This document shows, one piece after another, positions 60,243-64,000 of a stretch of DNA of 64,000 nucleotides; positions within the stretch are counted from its first letter, which is position 1, and each line of letters starts with the position of its first letter. Below the pieces are notes generated by a model. It was not told the DNA's origin, did no database searches, and was given only the letters and a program-made list of their open reading frames with translations. The DNA lies in NCBI GenBank assembly GCA_937879955.1, contig CALFMK010000002.1:1175-65174 (forward strand). Reading direction: 5' to 3'. The position numbers and the translations under genes were made by a program. The DNA is from an uncultured bacterium. Lineage in GTDB: Bacteria > Patescibacteriota > Minisyncoccia > Phycocordibacterales > Phycocordibacteraceae.

Positions 60243-60608
60243 TTAGTAGCCGCCCTGGTAGCCACCACGGTCGCCGCCGCCGAAGCCTCCGCGGTTCCCA
60301 CCGCCGAAGCCGCCGCCGCGGTTGCCGCCGAAGCCGCCCTCGCGAGGAGGACGGTCGCCCTGTGGGCGCGCCATGGAAACGGAGAGCATGCGCCCGTCGA
60401 ACTCCTTGCCATCCCAACGGTCGATTGCCGCCTGGCCCTCTGCCTCGGAAGACATCTCGACGAAGCCGAATCCGCGAGAGCGGCCGGTCATACGATCGCT
60501 GATAATGCTTGCGGATACGACCTCACCTGCTTCCTGGAAAGCGGTGCGGAGCTCATCCTCGGTCGTGCGATACGGGATACCGCCGACGTACAGTTTGCAT
60601 GTTGCCAT
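60243..60608 (-). CDS. RRM-type RNA-binding protein with a Gly/Arg-rich (RGG-like) C-terminal tail
   Basis: RNP2 LYVGGI and RNP1 RGFGFVEM; C-terminal GGFGGNRGGGFGGGNRGGFGGGDRGGY; start at MATCKL, the ORF-track extension to 60992 is unsupported. Confidence 0.75.
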   Translation of the reverse strand: MATCKLYVGGIPYRTTEDELRTAFQEAGEVVSASIISDRMTGRSRGFGFVEMSSEAEGQAAIDRWDGKEFDGRMLSVSMARPQGDRPPREGGFGGNRGGGFGGGNRGGFGGGDRGGYQGGY

Positions 60609-60827
60609 GTGGCTTGTGGATACCTGGATAACCTCGCTGATGCCGAACGCTAGGAGCAATTTGGAGTTTCGGCGAGTTGTCAACAGTATGCGGTAAATAT
60701 CCCAAAAACGCAATTGACAAAAGGGTTTATGGGGATAAGGAAACCGTCCGAGGAAATATTGCGAAATATATGAAAGTATGTTACAATATTCCCGGACGTT
60801 CCGTTCAGCAGCATAGGGAATCAGCGC

Positions 60828-61535
60828 ATGCATCATGCGAAAGTACGGGTCACCGAATACGGGTACCCGAAAGCGTACTCCGGCCTGAAGCCGCTCGAGG
60901 AGCAGATCTGTATGCTCCAGAAGAAGGTGAGCCATTGGGCCGATATCGAGCTCGACGTCGAGCCTGCGCTCGCGTTCGCGCGTGAGCTGCAAGCGTCTTC
61001 ATCGCTCCCGGACGGGGCCGAAGGCCGCGCCGCGATCATCGCGCCCGGCATCCGTGGCGACCACCAGCACGACGTCGCGCTCGCGCTCGAGCTCTTCCAC
61101 GCCATGAAGAGCACGGCGACGCCCGAGGACTTCGATCCCGCGGCGTTCCGTCTCGACGAGCGGACCGAGCGGATGCTCGATGCGCTCTGCGAGATGCAGG
61201 CCGGGCCGATCCTCATCCTGCCCGTGCAGTTCGGCAAGCGGCACGCGAAGCGCATCGACACGGACGTCGTGAGCGGGTTCGGGGACCATCCCGAGTTCGC
61301 CCTCGACCTCCTGAGCATGGTCTCGCTCCTCATCACGCATCCGGAGCGCCTGGCCGATTACAGCGCGCTCGGGATCAGCTGTCCGGGCGACGAGTACGAC
61401 TACCTGCGCACCAGCACGTTCGAACGCTCGCTGATGATGCTGGCCCAGGCCGGCCAGATCAAGCTGCGCTCGCGGCCGAAGGACTACAACTCGACCGACC
61501 ACGGCGTGGTGACAGGATTCCTGCACGCAGCCTGA
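60828..61535 (+). CDS. hypothetical protein
   Basis: 235 aa ORF; no recognised domain. Confidence 0.4.
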   Translation: MHHAKVRVTEYGYPKAYSGLKPLEEQICMLQKKVSHWADIELDVEPALAFARELQASSSLPDGAEGRAAIIAPGIRGDHQHDVALALELFHAMKSTATPEDFDPAAFRLDERTERMLDALCEMQAGPILILPVQFGKRHAKRIDTDVVSGFGDHPEFALDLLSMVSLLITHPERLADYSALGISCPGDEYDYLRTSTFERSLMMLAQAGQIKLRSRPKDYNSTDHGVVTGFLHAA

Positions 61536-61593
61536 AGCTGTCCGTTCTCATGAACGGACGAAGCCGCCCGATTACTCGGGCGGCTTTTTCTTT

Positions 61594-62292
61594 TTACTTC
61601 GCGTGCGCCTGGAGCTCGCGGATGGAGCGGTTCCGATGGATGAGCTCGTCGTTCCTGATCGATTCGAAGAGCTCGTACTCGCTGCGCGCGTGGCGCCCGT
61701 AGAAGGTGAGAAATTCCGAATAGACGGGCGTGTCGCGCAGGCGCTCGCCGTAGAGCGCGAGGAATTCCGAGTATTGCTGGTACGCGTGACTCTCGAAGAG
61801 GAAGTTGAGTTCGAGTGCGGACTTGCGGGACACCATGTACAGGATGTAGATGGTCCAGAAGTAGAAGAGGGCGAACAGGAGCGGGATGAGGAAATGCCTG
61901 AAGAACCCTTCGCACTTGAGCCGCTTCACGATCTGCGAGATCACCACGACGTGCATGGTCTCGTTGTCTTGCGCCTGGCGCGAGAACGTGCCGGTCTTCG
62001 TGAGCTCGATGGCGCGCTTCTCGTCCGAGTAGAGGCCCGTGAGGAGGGTGTAGCTCGCTACCTCCCACGACTGGTAAGGGATGCGCGCGATCACCTCCAC
62101 GGCCTTGAACTTCTCGTAGGACGGCTTCTTGCCGTAGACCAGGTTGCCGCAGGCGACGAGCAGCCAGCCGAGGACGTTCGCGACGAAGCCGGGCTTGTAG
62201 CTGTCGTACGCGCGGGCGTACTCGGCGCGCAGCACCGGATCGTTGAGCTCCTTAACGAGCGCTTCATGCGCCCTGAATTCTTCTTCGGTCAT
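61594..62292 (-). CDS. alternative oxidase (AOX/PTOX-like) di-iron carboxylate protein
   Basis: Helix-pair motifs AVEVIARIPY, NETMHVVV (NE.MH), FESHAYQQY (E..H..Y) and RNDELIHR (DE..HR) match AOX/PTOX iron ligands; hydrophobic segment FLIPLLFALFYFWTIYILY; start may instead be the GTG at 62343. Confidence 0.55.
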   Translation of the reverse strand: MTEEEFRAHEALVKELNDPVLRAEYARAYDSYKPGFVANVLGWLLVACGNLVYGKKPSYEKFKAVEVIARIPYQSWEVASYTLLTGLYSDEKRAIELTKTGTFSRQAQDNETMHVVVISQIVKRLKCEGFFRHFLIPLLFALFYFWTIYILYMVSRKSALELNFLFESHAYQQYSEFLALYGERLRDTPVYSEFLTFYGRHARSEYELFESIRNDELIHRNRSIRELQAHAK

Positions 62293-62343
62293 ATGGAAGT
62301 AATCTAGCACGAGCGAATGCTGTCGGATGGCAATGAAGCCCAC

Positions 62344-63999
62344 CTATACCTTCCGCAGCATGTCCCGCTCGATATCCTCGAACGTGCCGCGCACCTTCTT
62401 GCCCGGGTTGAAGATATCTTCCGGGTCGAAGATATCCTTCGTCCTCTCGAAGAGCGTAACCATGTCCTTGCCGAAGAGCTGCGGAAGGTACGGCGTGCGG
62501 ATGATGCCGTCGTTATGCTCACCGGTGGTGGTACCGCCGTACTTGATGACGAGGTCGTACACCTTGGGCGAGAGCTCGAGGATGATCTGCCGGACCTTCG
62601 GGTCCTTTAGGTCCATGAGCGGGATGATATGGAAATTGCCGTTGCCGATGTGGCCGGCGATCGTGTAGAGGATGTCGTACTGCGCGAGAAGCGCGTTAAG
62701 CTCCGGCATGAACTGCGGATAGGAATCCGGCGGCACCACGAAGTCGTCGATGAAGGGAGCGGCGTAGAGCCCCTTCGCGTTCTTCCGCAGGAGCGCGAAG
62801 CTCTCGCGGCGCACCTTCCAGTACTTCGCCGCCGCCTTCTCGTCCCGCTTGATGCTCATCGGGAGGCCGAGCGGCTTCAGCGCCGCCATCGCCTGCGTAG
62901 CCTTGAACAAGGCCTGCTCATGCGTGTCCTCGGAGAACTCGGCCATGAGCACGAGCTTCGGGAGGCCGCCGGCGAGCGCCATGCCCACTTCCGGCAGGAA
63001 GGAGAGCCCGAGCCCGATTGCAGGGAAGAGGCCCATCTGCCCGAGCATCTGCGGGAGGAACTTTATCGCGAGCTGGAAGGTGTGGTCGTCATAGGACTCG
63101 AAGCTCTCGGGATTGAACGGGAGCACCTTGCGCACGATCTCCGGGAGCACGTCGGCCGAATCGAGGAATATCACGAGCATCGAGCGGAAGCCCTGCTCCT
63201 TCACGAGACGGAGCTTCATCCGGGTCGTGAGCGCGAGCGTGCCCTGCGCGCCGCAGACGAGCTTCGCGAGGTTCATGCCGCCGTCCTCCGTCATCACGTC
63301 CCAGAGCGCGTAGCCCGCGGAGTTCTTCGACACCTTCGGCTTCGCCTGCATGATCTCTTCCTTATGCTCGGTTATGAGGCTGCGGATGTCGCGGTAGATG
63401 CTGCCTTCGAGCGTGTCGAGCGCGCACTTCTGCTCGACCTCCTCCTTCGAGAGCGCCTTGAAGACGGTGCGCGTCCCGTCGGAGAGCACCACGTCGGCCT
63501 CGAGCACGTAGTCGCGCGTCTTGCCGTACTCAAGGGTCCGCTCGCCGCCCGAGTCGTTGTTGAAGAGGCCGCCCATCGCCGCGAGGTCGCGGGACGCCGG
63601 GTAGGAGGGGAGTATTTGGTTCCCGTGCGCGAGCGTGGCCTTCTCGAAGTCGCGGTAGTAGACGCCGGGCTCGGTTATGGCGTATCCGTCGCCTACCTCT
63701 ACGATCCGGTTCAGGTACTTCGTGAACACGGCCACGACCGAATCCGTGAGCGGCCCGCCGGACATGTCGGTGCCGGCTGAGCGCGCGGTGACGGACGCCT
63801 TGATGCCGTCCTTCCGTGCCTCCGCCACGGCGTGCACGAGCGCCGCGACGTCGTCGGCATTCTTCGGGAATACCACGAGCTCGGGCGTCTTCGTGAAGAC
63901 GCTGGTGTCGCGCGCGTACGTGGCGCGGCTCGCCGCGTCGTCCGCGACGTCTCCCGTGATCGCGCCCTTGATCCTCGCTTTCAGCTCCGAGTCCTTCAT
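62344..63999 (-). CDS. FAD-linked oxidase (GlcD / D-lactate dehydrogenase-like)
   Basis: 551 aa with an N-terminal FAD-binding PCMH-type region (PELVVFPKNADDVAALVHA...), a substrate domain and a C-terminal HIGNGNFH motif; the start codon is at the window edge. Confidence 0.8.
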   Translation of the reverse strand: MKDSELKARIKGAITGDVADDAASRATYARDTSVFTKTPELVVFPKNADDVAALVHAVAEARKDGIKASVTARSAGTDMSGGPLTDSVVAVFTKYLNRIVEVGDGYAITEPGVYYRDFEKATLAHGNQILPSYPASRDLAAMGGLFNNDSGGERTLEYGKTRDYVLEADVVLSDGTRTVFKALSKEEVEQKCALDTLEGSIYRDIRSLITEHKEEIMQAKPKVSKNSAGYALWDVMTEDGGMNLAKLVCGAQGTLALTTRMKLRLVKEQGFRSMLVIFLDSADVLPEIVRKVLPFNPESFESYDDHTFQLAIKFLPQMLGQMGLFPAIGLGLSFLPEVGMALAGGLPKLVLMAEFSEDTHEQALFKATQAMAALKPLGLPMSIKRDEKAAAKYWKVRRESFALLRKNAKGLYAAPFIDDFVVPPDSYPQFMPELNALLAQYDILYTIAGHIGNGNFHIIPLMDLKDPKVRQIILELSPKVYDLVIKYGGTTTGEHNDGIIRTPYLPQLFGKDMVTLFERTKDIFDPEDIFNPGKKVRGTFEDIERDMLRKV

Positions 64000-64000
64000 C

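Overview
This is a 64 kb window of high-GC (roughly 65%) bacterial chromosome. It is dense in core information-processing genes, all read from the six-frame track and motif inspection: thrS, dnaE, rnhB, rpmF, nusB, rnc, smc-like, a peroxiredoxin, gdh, rnr, rpsP-KH-trmD, rpoB-rpoC, dnaG-rpoD, a uvrD-like helicase-nuclease, hisS and prmC. Compact housekeeping proteins (rpoB 1058 aa, a hinge-less 737 aa SMC), seven type IV pilin-like genes in two clusters, a sortase and Lys/Ala-rich tails on S16, L32 and sigma-70 suggest a reduced-genome lineage, possibly CPR/Patescibacteria-like; that is inference only. Many long ORFs on the opposite strand of real genes are GC-driven shadows and are not called. 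The standout is an approximately 8.5 kb low-GC island (about 40.0 to 48.5 kb) inserted immediately after the rpoD terminator. It carries a tightly coupled operon: a MORC-like GHKL ATPase that continues in the same frame across a single in-frame TGA into a 540 aa part with a C-terminal PD-(D/E)xK-like motif, then an amino DNA methyltransferase, a MazG-like pyrophosphohydrolase, and a GIY-YIG nuclease fused to a DUF2075 P-loop ATPase. A secreted protein, an M23 peptidase and an EVE (modified-base reader) domain protein follow, and a YgjP/DUF45 metallohydrolase and the UvrD-nuclease fusion sit just outside the island. I read this as a candidate undescribed ATPase-nuclease-methyltransferase defence system. 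Other unusual items: a NusB-Nudix-like fusion, a DsbA-like protein lacking CxxC, an alternative-oxidase-like diiron protein beside a FAD oxidase, a structured 88-nt inverted-repeat element with a terminator upstream of rpsP, three tandem small membrane-protein genes, and two tandem paralogous small genes after rpoC. No tRNA, rRNA or CRISPR array was found.
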